This document shows, piece after piece, positions 18,627-26,070 of a DNA stretch of 64,000 nt. Every line of letters begins with the position of its first letter. Position 1 is the first letter of the stretch. This stretch comes from a virus, in IMG/VR virus record IMGVR_UViG_3300043313_000346, positions 12,885 through 76,884 of that record; one strand, written 5' to 3'. Both the position numbers and the translations under genes were made by a program. Under the pieces are notes generated by a model, which saw only the letters and a list, made by a program, of their open reading frames with translations, was not told the origin of the DNA and ran no database searches.

Positions 18627-19280
18627 ATGAAGACGCTGAAATGCGTCGCGCTCGCTGCCGCACTGCTCGCCAGTGCTTCGAGCGCGCACGCTGCAATGAA
18701 GGCCTACCAGACATCCGGCCTTTGGTCCGCGAATGCCGGCACGGCCAACGACGGCACGCCGATGTGCTCGATGAGCATCCAAGACAAGGAACGCGCGGCC
18801 TTCATCAAGTGGCAGGCGGGAAGCGAAAATCTGTTCGTGCAGGTTTATAAGTCAAGCTGGAATATCCCGATCGGCACAACGATGCCGATGACGATCCAGT
18901 TTGATCGCGCCGAGCCGTTCAAGGGGACCGCGACATCGATTCCCGGTGGCAACGGGCAGATGATCGAAGTGTCTCTCAAAAACGAGGAAGGCAGCACGAT
19001 CCCCCGGTCGTTCATGGAGGAATTCGCATCGGCGGTGAAGATGTACTTCATCTTTCCCGGCGGCAACGAAACGCTATGGTCCGCACCGATGGAAGGCTCG
19101 CGCATCATCGCCGGATCGTTTGCGAAATGCGTGATCGACTATTCCAAATATGCGACGCCCAAGACGCAGCCGCACAAGGGCGGTGGCGGCGGCGGGGCGA
19201 CGCAGCCGCACAACAGCACCCCGGCTGAGCCGGTGGCGCCACCACCACTGAGCGGCAGCGCCAAACGCAACGACATCTAA
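18627..19280 (+). CDS. secreted hypothetical protein
   Basis: Signal peptide ending in AHA; Gly/Pro-rich tail. Confidence 0.8.
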   Translation: MKTLKCVALAAALLASASSAHAAMKAYQTSGLWSANAGTANDGTPMCSMSIQDKERAAFIKWQAGSENLFVQVYKSSWNIPIGTTMPMTIQFDRAEPFKGTATSIPGGNGQMIEVSLKNEEGSTIPRSFMEEFASAVKMYFIFPGGNETLWSAPMEGSRIIAGSFAKCVIDYSKYATPKTQPHKGGGGGGATQPHNSTPAEPVAPPPLSGSAKRNDI

Positions 19281-19283
19281 AGG

Positions 19284-19383
19284 TGACCACTGCAGAGCGG
19301 CGTGCCACAAGCGCGCCGCTCGACAGTGTTCATGCGAACACTCGCCCGCCGCAACCGGGCGCAAAAAAATGGAGAACCTTACA
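19284..19383 (+). repeat. conserved upstream structured element, copy 8
   Basis: TGACCACTGCAGAGCGGCG..CGCCGCTCGACAGTGTTCATGCGAACACT; CGCCCG-CCGCAAC-CGGGCG; AAATGGAGA. Confidence 0.9.
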
Positions 19384-19614
19384 ATGACGATAAAGTCCCT
19401 CATCCTGACGGCGGCGCTCTTGCTCGCCGGCCCGCACATGCTGCGCGCCGATGACGCCAAGGGCGCGGCCGATGACGCATCCCGCGAATGGAGTCCGATC
19501 GAGGTTGTCTACTTCTGCAATCTTCCTCTGGCCGAAGCCAAGATCGAGAACTGCACGGCAGCGCAGCCGAAGCGACAGCGACAAGCGCGCTTGCGCAAGA
19601 AGGTGATCCGATGA
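19384..19614 (+). CDS. small secreted hypothetical protein
   Basis: Signal-peptide-like N-terminus. Confidence 0.65.
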   Translation: MTIKSLILTAALLLAGPHMLRADDAKGAADDASREWSPIEVVYFCNLPLAEAKIENCTAAQPKRQRQARLRKKVIR

Positions 19615-20021
19615 AACCCACCAAGCGCGAATGCGGCGGCTGCACGCTGTGCTGCAAGTTGTTGGCTGTGCCGGCGATCGAGAAGCCGCAAGACAAGTGG
19701 TGCAAGCACTGCACCATCGGTGTCGGCTGCGCGATCAACGGCAGCGAGCAGCGACCAGAGGCTTGCGGCCTGTTCGATTGCCTCTGGCTGCAAGGCTACG
19801 GCGACGACAACATGCGGCCCGACAAATCGAAGGTCGTCATGGGCATGACGTCGGACGGCAAAAGCCTCGTGCTCTATGTCGATCCGTCGCGGCCGGAAGC
19901 GTTCCGCGAACCGGCGATCGACAAGACGATCGACAAGCTGATCGCGAACGGCATGAAGGTGTTCGTCGTATGCGGCGACAAGCGCCGGATGATCTCAAAC
20001 CAAAATGGAGAACCGACATGA
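19611..20021 (+). CDS. CxxCxxCC (YkgJ-like) Cys-cluster protein
   Basis: CGGCTLCC...C..C...GC.I...RPEAC..F.C.W. Confidence 0.85.
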   Translation: MKPTKRECGGCTLCCKLLAVPAIEKPQDKWCKHCTIGVGCAINGSEQRPEACGLFDCLWLQGYGDDNMRPDKSKVVMGMTSDGKSLVLYVDPSRPEAFREPAIDKTIDKLIANGMKVFVVCGDKRRMISNQNGEPT

Positions 20022-20263
20022 CGAACGAAGAGAAAGACCTGCTGCGCCGAATCGCAACGGTGCTGCAACAGCCGCGCAATCGCTTCGGCTGCATTCAAGG
20101 CGGGGCGTCGCACGCGCGCGACGCTGCGCCGGCTGATCTGGTGAAGCGCCTGCCGCACGGCGGCGTCGACGCTGCTGATCAGTGCGCCATGCTCCTGCAG
20201 TCGCTGATCGGCGATCCGGTGATGTCGATCGGCGACATGGGCAACATGAGGACTCGGGCATGA
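20018..20263 (+). CDS. hypothetical protein
   Basis: AAATGGAGA RBS. Confidence 0.65.
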   Translation: MTNEEKDLLRRIATVLQQPRNRFGCIQGGASHARDAAPADLVKRLPHGGVDAADQCAMLLQSLIGDPVMSIGDMGNMRTRA

Positions 20264-20919
20264 CCGACATTTGGCCCGTGATCCATCTCTCAACCGTCGA
20301 CAAGCTCACGGTCGAGAACGCCAGCATGGCCGCGCGCTGCGGCTGTCCCGGCGTGTTTCTCATCTCGATGAGCGGCTACGACGACGCGGTCGATCCTGCG
20401 GCGGCGCTGATCCGGCGCGAAGTGCCGGGGCTCAAGATCGGCATCAACCTGCTGACCAAGTCGCCATCGTGGGCGGTGTGCCACAGCATGAACCAAGGCT
20501 ATGACGCGACATGGTCCGACTTTGCGTGGCAGGGCACCGGCGTTGATGCCTACATCGAGAAGGCCGGCGTCGATCACAAGTTCTTCGCCGCCGTCGCGTT
20601 CAAGGGCGAGACGCACAACGAGCCGGACCCGCACGCGAGCGCGCGCGAGGCCGTGGCGCGCGGATTTATTCCGATGACGAGCGGCAGCGGCACCGGCGTC
20701 ACCGCGCCGTTCGAGAAGATCGAGCGGCTGCGCAAGGCGATCGGTCCCGCCGCGCCTCTCGCGATGAGCGGCGTGCATCCACCGCACGCCGATCGGTTGG
20801 TGCCGCTGGTGACGCACTTCCTCGTCGCCACGTGCATCAGCCGGGACTTCTACACGTTCGATGAAGCGATGCTGCAATACTTGATCGGCAAGACTGCCGG
20901 CGCTTCTGTTGTTGCCTGA
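20260..20919 (+). CDS. BtpA/SgcQ-like TIM-barrel protein
   Basis: PVIHL, IGINLL, VAFKG, TSGSGTG, SGV and LVAT motifs. Confidence 0.7.
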   Translation: MTDIWPVIHLSTVDKLTVENASMAARCGCPGVFLISMSGYDDAVDPAAALIRREVPGLKIGINLLTKSPSWAVCHSMNQGYDATWSDFAWQGTGVDAYIEKAGVDHKFFAAVAFKGETHNEPDPHASAREAVARGFIPMTSGSGTGVTAPFEKIERLRKAIGPAAPLAMSGVHPPHADRLVPLVTHFLVATCISRDFYTFDEAMLQYLIGKTAGASVVA

Positions 20920-21139
20920 ATCAAAATCCCCGGCCGAGCTTCACGCTCGACCGGGGACTCTTGCTCGTGCGATCGCAACTTCGGCAACGAGCCTCGCGAT
21001 CGGACCAAATGGAGAAAGCCCCGATTCGCGAGTGGGTGTCATTTAAGCGCACTTGGAACTTTTTTCAACTTTTGGCCGCTTCGAAGGCACGTGCGGTCTT
21101 CATCGCTTTTGCTTCAATAGCTTGGGGCTGGAAGCATCA

Positions 21140-21188
21140 TGTAACAAGTTGTGACAAATTTTTGCGAACGCCCAACGGAGGTTAGAAT
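21140..21188 (+). promoter_or_regulatory. operator plus putative promoter of the first XRE gene
   Basis: TGTAACA-AGT-TGTGACA at 21140-21156; TAGAAT at 21183. Confidence 0.6.
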
Positions 21189-21224
21189 TTCGACAGGCAA
21201 AAAATACAGTTTCCCAAGGCGGCT

Positions 21225-21449
21225 ATGCGAAGACGAACGGCTCAATTTGTTAGACTCGCGCGCGCTAAGCTCAAGATGACACAAGCAGAATTTGCGAAAC
21301 GGCTTGGGCTCGAACGTCGCAGCATCTTGCGATACGAGAAGGGCGAACCGTTGCCACCGACGGTGTACTTCGCGATCAAATTTCTGGTCGCGCGTGACAG
21401 GCTCAACAAGCAACGAGCCAAAGAGCGGATCAACAAAAGAGCCAATTAA
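21225..21449 (+). CDS. XRE-family HTH regulator, paralog 1
   Basis: ARAKLKMTQAEFAKRLGLERRSILRYEKG. Confidence 0.88.
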   Translation: MRRRTAQFVRLARAKLKMTQAEFAKRLGLERRSILRYEKGEPLPPTVYFAIKFLVARDRLNKQRAKERINKRAN

Positions 21450-21624
21450 AGCGCTCTGCCCTCCCCTTCTCTAGCTTCCTTCCCCTCCCCAAAGCTGTGC
21501 AAGAACTTGCACACCTTCAAAGGTGTTGCGGTGCGACCTTGCGCACTCACGCGGCTTAGTGACATCTTATGACTCGCAAATGCCGGGAGCCCCCGGAAAA
21601 ATACCTGCGATGAAAAGAGGCGAG

Positions 21625-21885
21625 ATGACTACGACGGACTTCGCTACCGACACGATGACTCCAATGAAGAGCACTGCAGGCTTCGTGAAGCGTGCGCGTG
21701 CGAAGCTCCAGATGACTCAGGGTGAATTCGCTGAGCGTCTCGGGCTCGAACGCCGCACCATCATAAGATACGAGAAAGGCGAGCCTCTGCCTCCGACGGT
21801 TTACTTCGCAATCAAGCATCTGGTCTCACGTCATAAGCTCAACAAGCAAAGAGCCAAAGACCGAGCGACCGCCAAGGAAGACTAA
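21625..21885 (+). CDS. XRE-family HTH regulator, paralog 2 (start uncertain)
   Basis: ARAKLQMTQGEFAERLGLERRTIIRYEKG. Confidence 0.88.
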   Translation: MTTTDFATDTMTPMKSTAGFVKRARAKLQMTQGEFAERLGLERRTIIRYEKGEPLPPTVYFAIKHLVSRHKLNKQRAKDRATAKED

Positions 21886-21977
21886 CGCGCCTGATTTTTC
21901 GTTCACCTAACCGCCCGTGCTTCACCGCTTGAAGCGCGACGCGGGACAACGCTGTCTCAGAGAGGACAAAAGCCATT

Positions 21978-22454
21978 ATGCCGAAACCCTTCTTGATCGG
22001 AATCGAAGTCGAGGAAGTCGCGCTCGGGCTGGTGATGCGCAAGCTCAACAGCCTGCCCGGCGTCGTCAAGCTGCACATGGACTTGGACCTGATAGGACCG
22101 AAGGCGAAGTCGAACGGCGCGGACCCGCACGGCAAGCGACGCGGGCGCCCGCCGGGCCGCCCGCACCGAACCTTCGACATGACCGGAGAGCAGGCAATCA
22201 TCGCCATGCTGAAGGGCAAGACGATGTCGATCGGCGAGATGAAGGATGTGTTCGCGGCACAAGGCCGCGCGCCGGGCTCGGTCAACTCGTGCCTGTTCAA
22301 AGTTCAGAAGCAAGGCGCGGTTGTTCGCACGGCCCCGAACACTTACGCGCTGGCGAAGTCGAAGAGCAAGCCGAAGCCGAAGACGAAGGCGAAGAACAAG
22401 CCCAAGCCGAAGACACCGAAGACGAAGCCCACGACAGCACCAGAGGGAGCGTAA
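21978..22454 (+). CDS. basic putative DNA-binding protein with Lys/Pro-rich tail
   Basis: GAGGA RBS; RRGRPPGRP; wHTH-like middle; KPK repeats. Confidence 0.7.
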   Translation: MPKPFLIGIEVEEVALGLVMRKLNSLPGVVKLHMDLDLIGPKAKSNGADPHGKRRGRPPGRPHRTFDMTGEQAIIAMLKGKTMSIGEMKDVFAAQGRAPGSVNSCLFKVQKQGAVVRTAPNTYALAKSKSKPKPKTKAKNKPKPKTPKTKPTTAPEGA

Positions 22455-22457
22455 CCT

Positions 22458-22838
22458 ATGGCCCGCGTGCATCTGTATCGGACCTATCGATGGATCGACA
22501 AAGACCCGATCATAGGGGCGGTGAAGACGATCGTGCAGGATGAGAAGCTGAAGAACAACGCGGTCCACGAAATCACGGGGATCGCGACAGCCACGCTCGA
22601 CGGATGGTTCAACGGCGGCACGCGCAAGCCGCAGAACGTCACGGTGACAGCGGTTGCGTCGGGGCTCGGCTACGTGCGGCGCGATCGATTGTTGCCCGAT
22701 GGCACGGTCGAGGTTGGCTTCGAGAAGGCACGCAAGCTCGACTGGAAAGAGGAAGCCGAGAAACAGACGAAGTTCATGCTGAAGTATAACCCGAAGAAAA
22801 AGCGCAAGGCGAAGCGCAAGAAAAATGGTGCCGGGTGA
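22458..22838 (+). CDS. XRE-like HTH protein
   Basis: VHEITGIATATLDGWFNGGTRKPQ..TV.AVASGLG. Confidence 0.7.
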   Translation: MARVHLYRTYRWIDKDPIIGAVKTIVQDEKLKNNAVHEITGIATATLDGWFNGGTRKPQNVTVTAVASGLGYVRRDRLLPDGTVEVGFEKARKLDWKEEAEKQTKFMLKYNPKKKRKAKRKKNGAG

Positions 22839-23194
22839 TGAGCGATACAGACATGGGACGAACACCAATGACCGATGGCGACATGAAGCGTCTGCTCGAT
22901 TACGTGGCGTTCGTCCCGATCCCGGTGACGGTGAAGGCGAACGACTACGCCTATGACGGCTGGCTGATCGGCGGCGGCGAGAAGCGTCACGGCGAGTTTC
23001 GGGTGATGGTCGAGGACAGCTTCGGCCGCATCTACATCCACAACTGCGGTCAGGTCCGCGTGCGCGACGAGGCCGAGCCGCGCTCGCGCGAGATCGTCAT
23101 GCGCGACGTGATCGCGCTGCTGCCGAACGACCGCGAGGCCGGGCTGGCGGTTCTCGATCTGGCGCGACGCATGGTGGAGAGGTTCAAGCGATGA
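22835..23194 (+). CDS. hypothetical protein
   Basis: Coupled ORF. Confidence 0.7.
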   Translation: MMSDTDMGRTPMTDGDMKRLLDYVAFVPIPVTVKANDYAYDGWLIGGGEKRHGEFRVMVEDSFGRIYIHNCGQVRVRDEAEPRSREIVMRDVIALLPNDREAGLAVLDLARRMVERFKR

Positions 23195-23451
23195 GCGATA
23201 CAGACACGAAGCATCTCGACTGGATCGCCGTGCCCTTGCTGGTCGCCGGCCAGCCGCGATCGTGGGGCGCCGGCGTGTGGCCGTGGACGTTCGCCGTCAC
23301 CTTCAACGGCACCACCTACGCGGCGAGCGCTAACGACAGCCGGGCGCGCGGGACCGGGCACACCAAGCTCGGCGCCGATTTCACGACGCTGGAGTCGGCC
23401 CAGAAGGCGTGCGCGGCGTTTCTCCGCGAGCAGAAGGACGCGCGGTCATGA
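23191..23451 (+). CDS. hypothetical protein
   Basis: ATGA-coupled. Confidence 0.7.
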   Translation: MSDTDTKHLDWIAVPLLVAGQPRSWGAGVWPWTFAVTFNGTTYAASANDSRARGTGHTKLGADFTTLESAQKACAAFLREQKDARS

Positions 23452-23729
23452 CCGGCGACCAGCTTCCGCAGCACGCGCTCGACACACTCACGCGCGGGCA
23501 CTGTCCCGCGTGCGAGTCGCGCGGCTTCATCATCGGCCCGCAGGGCGGTGCGGCGATCAACATCGAATGCGCGTTCCTCGACTGCCGCGCGCGGTTTAAC
23601 GTCGTGATGTTCGGCGGGCGCTGCCTGATGGCGCAGGAGATCGAGCGCGAGGCGCAAGGCGGCAGCGTGTGGCCCAGCGCACCAGCATCCGCCGGTGAGG
23701 GCTCAGGCCACAGCGGGAGCTTCTCATGA
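23448..23729 (+). CDS. Zn-ribbon hypothetical protein
   Basis: CPAC and C....C; coupled. Confidence 0.65.
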   Translation: MTGDQLPQHALDTLTRGHCPACESRGFIIGPQGGAAINIECAFLDCRARFNVVMFGGRCLMAQEIEREAQGGSVWPSAPASAGEGSGHSGSFS

Positions 23730-24205
23730 GCGGCATCGGTCGCGTGCATGAACGCATCAACGCCGACATCAACCGCGTCGGGCGGTCGCTGATGGGCGTC
23801 GGCGACGATCCGCCGTTCTGCTATTCGATCGGCAATTACTTCCAGCGCTGGACCGTTGGTCCTCCCCCGGGCAATGTTGTGATCATGCCCGAACTGCTGG
23901 TGATCGGCACCGCCAAGGGTAACTTCCTCAACGATCTATCAAACATGATGATCGAAGCGCGCCAGCCGTTCGATGATGGTCAGGTCGTCCTGATGCACGG
24001 CGCGCGGCAGCCGGTGAGGATCATCCGCGCCAACAACGACGCGCGCACCAAGTATATGATCCAAGCCGGCGTGATCTTGCGCGTCAACGACTATCCGGTC
24101 ATGCAGGTTCTGATCCCCGACACCGCCGGCAAATTTCCCGGCGAGTCTGGATGCGCGCCGCCGTATTCCTTATGGCCCGTTCTGCACGAGAGGCTGCTGC
24201 AATGA
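23726..24205 (+). CDS. DUF4262-like protein
   Basis: F.YSIG...PELLVIG...QVLIPD..G.FP.E. Confidence 0.65.
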   Translation: MSGIGRVHERINADINRVGRSLMGVGDDPPFCYSIGNYFQRWTVGPPPGNVVIMPELLVIGTAKGNFLNDLSNMMIEARQPFDDGQVVLMHGARQPVRIIRANNDARTKYMIQAGVILRVNDYPVMQVLIPDTAGKFPGESGCAPPYSLWPVLHERLLQ

Positions 24206-24744
24206 ATCGCACGTGCGGCGGCTGCACGCTGTGCTGCAAGTTGCTCGCCGTCAACGAGCTTGGCAAGCTCGCCGGCCAGCACTGCCAGCACCAGAGCGCG
24301 GCAAAGGGCTGCAAGGTCTATCACGACTCTCGCCGCATGCCGGGATCGTGCCGGCTGTGGAATTGCCAATGGATCATCGGGCAACTGCCGCGTGATCTGC
24401 GCCGGCCCGATCGCGCGCACTACGTCGTCGACATGATACCCGACTATGTGAACACCGTGTTCGACAACGAGACGATCAACATCCCGGTGGTGCAGGTCTG
24501 GTGCGATCCGGATTTTCCGAACGCGCACCGTGATCCGGCGCTGCGTGCGTGGCTCGATGCCGAGCGCACGTGCGCGCTGATCCGTTTCAGCGCCAGCTAT
24601 GCGCTCTTCATCGCGCCGCCGTCGGTCAACAGCGAAGGCGTCTGGTACGAAGACGTCCCCCGCGAGAGCGGAGAGAAGCAACACGCGCTCGATGACATCC
24701 TCGCCGTCACCGGCGCGCGCGTGCGCGTGGAGATCGAGCCATGA
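24202..24744 (+). CDS. CxxCxxCC (YkgJ-like) Cys-cluster protein, paralog 2
   Basis: CGGCTLCCKLLAV...GC.VY...P.SC..W.C.W...RPD. Confidence 0.85.
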   Translation: MNRTCGGCTLCCKLLAVNELGKLAGQHCQHQSAAKGCKVYHDSRRMPGSCRLWNCQWIIGQLPRDLRRPDRAHYVVDMIPDYVNTVFDNETINIPVVQVWCDPDFPNAHRDPALRAWLDAERTCALIRFSASYALFIAPPSVNSEGVWYEDVPRESGEKQHALDDILAVTGARVRVEIEP

Positions 24745-25037
24745 TCAGCCACGGCAACGCACCGATCCCGCCCGGCAAAGGCATGTTCGTGTTTGCAGAA
24801 CTTGGCGCGGTGTCGTGCTCGATCTGCGCGCCGGCCGCCGTCACCAAGGATGAGGTTGAAGCCTTCGCGACCGCGACGCTCGGCCGGCCGTTCGGCGGTT
24901 GGGAAGCGGTCGACAAATCGAAGATCAGCATGGGCCAGCCCACACCGAATCCGTGCAACGTCGCGGCCGATCGCAAGCACTGGTTTCTGCTCAACGGCGC
25001 CACGGCGGCCGGGCTCGGGCTGGAGACGAAGGCATGA
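24741..25037 (+). CDS. hypothetical protein
   Basis: ATGA-coupled. Confidence 0.7.
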   Translation: MISHGNAPIPPGKGMFVFAELGAVSCSICAPAAVTKDEVEAFATATLGRPFGGWEAVDKSKISMGQPTPNPCNVAADRKHWFLLNGATAAGLGLETKA

Positions 25038-25246
25038 TCGGCCCGGGAAACACACGCCCGACTGACGGCGATCACAGCCCAACCGCGAAGGCGGCGCGGC
25101 GTCATGCGGTTGCCAGTATGGCCTGTCCGAAATGCGGTTCACTGGCTGGTGATGCCTGCAAGGCGAAGGGCGGCGGCACCTACGATCCGGCTTACACAGT
25201 GCATGCGGCGCGGCTCGATCTCGCCGTGCAAAAGGCATCAATATGA
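25034..25246 (+). CDS. small Zn-finger hypothetical protein
   Basis: CPKC....G..C...H..R. Confidence 0.6.
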   Translation: MIGPGNTRPTDGDHSPTAKAARRHAVASMACPKCGSLAGDACKAKGGGTYDPAYTVHAARLDLAVQKASI

Positions 25247-25464
25247 TCGGCCCCGGGAAATACGACGACGCCTGCACCGCCGCGCGCGAGATGGCGCAAG
25301 CCGAAGCGGCGATCGTGATCATCCTCAACGGCAACAAGGGCTCGGGCTTCTCGATCCAAGGTGACGTCAAGGCCAGCGCCAGCCTCACCGTCGAGAAGGT
25401 CGCCGCCTTGCTGCAGCACGTCGCCGCTGAGATGCTGCGCGATGCCGAGAGGCTGCGGACATGA
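25243..25464 (+). CDS. hypothetical protein
   Basis: ATGA-coupled. Confidence 0.7.
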   Translation: MIGPGKYDDACTAAREMAQAEAAIVIILNGNKGSGFSIQGDVKASASLTVEKVAALLQHVAAEMLRDAERLRT

Positions 25465-25727
25465 GCGAGCGTAAGCGCATTCGCGACAAGCCGATGCGTG
25501 GGCGCTTCTGGCGCGTGAGCGAACTGCGCCACTTCAGGCCACGACAGCGCAAGGCAATGATCGCAGAGACGCACGACGAAAATCTGCGACGGTTCGAAGC
25601 GGCGGCTGAGTATGTCGAATGGGCCAAAGACGAGCGACCATTCGGTGAGATGTTCCACAGGCAGCAGATCATTTTGTGCTGCATCGGATTTATCTATCTG
25701 TTGAAGCGAGAGCGGCTCAGGACGTGA
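25461..25727 (+). CDS. hypothetical protein
   Basis: ATGA-coupled. Confidence 0.6.
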   Translation: MSERKRIRDKPMRGRFWRVSELRHFRPRQRKAMIAETHDENLRRFEAAAEYVEWAKDERPFGEMFHRQQIILCCIGFIYLLKRERLRT

Positions 25728-25731
25728 TGCC

Positions 25732-26070
25732 ATGCTGCGCTATTACGTGCTCGACGAAGAGAACCACCCGGTGCGCGTCAGAGACGTGATCGCGTGGGCG
25801 CAGCAATTCGAGAACCTGAGCAACCGCATTGTCGCATGGACGCAGGTCACCAGCGAGATCACGGTGAGCACGGTTTTTCTCGGGCTCGATCACCGGCACT
25901 TCGGCAAGGGCCCGCCGATCCTGTTTGAAACGATGGTGTTCGGTGGGCCGCTCGATCAGGCGTGCGTGCGCTATGCGTCATGGGACGATGCGCAGACCGG
26001 CCACGCGATCTCGGTGCGCAAGGTGCGCGAGGCGATCGGACAGAAGGTGAAGACCGATGAGACTTGCTGA
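25732..26070 (+). CDS. hypothetical protein
   Basis: VSTVFLGLDH..P.LFETMVFGG motif, common in phage early genes. Confidence 0.8.
   Translation: MLRYYVLDEENHPVRVRDVIAWAQQFENLSNRIVAWTQVTSEITVSTVFLGLDHRHFGKGPPILFETMVFGGPLDQACVRYASWDDAQTGHAISVRKVREAIGQKVKTDETC

Noticed and set aside
13135-19383. Repeats as a CRISPR array or integron attC sites
   Set aside because: Units are separated by whole genes and no cas genes are present. They lack RYYYAAC/GTTRRRY boxes in attC arrangement, include the downstream RBS, and the integrase is a phage type rather than IntI
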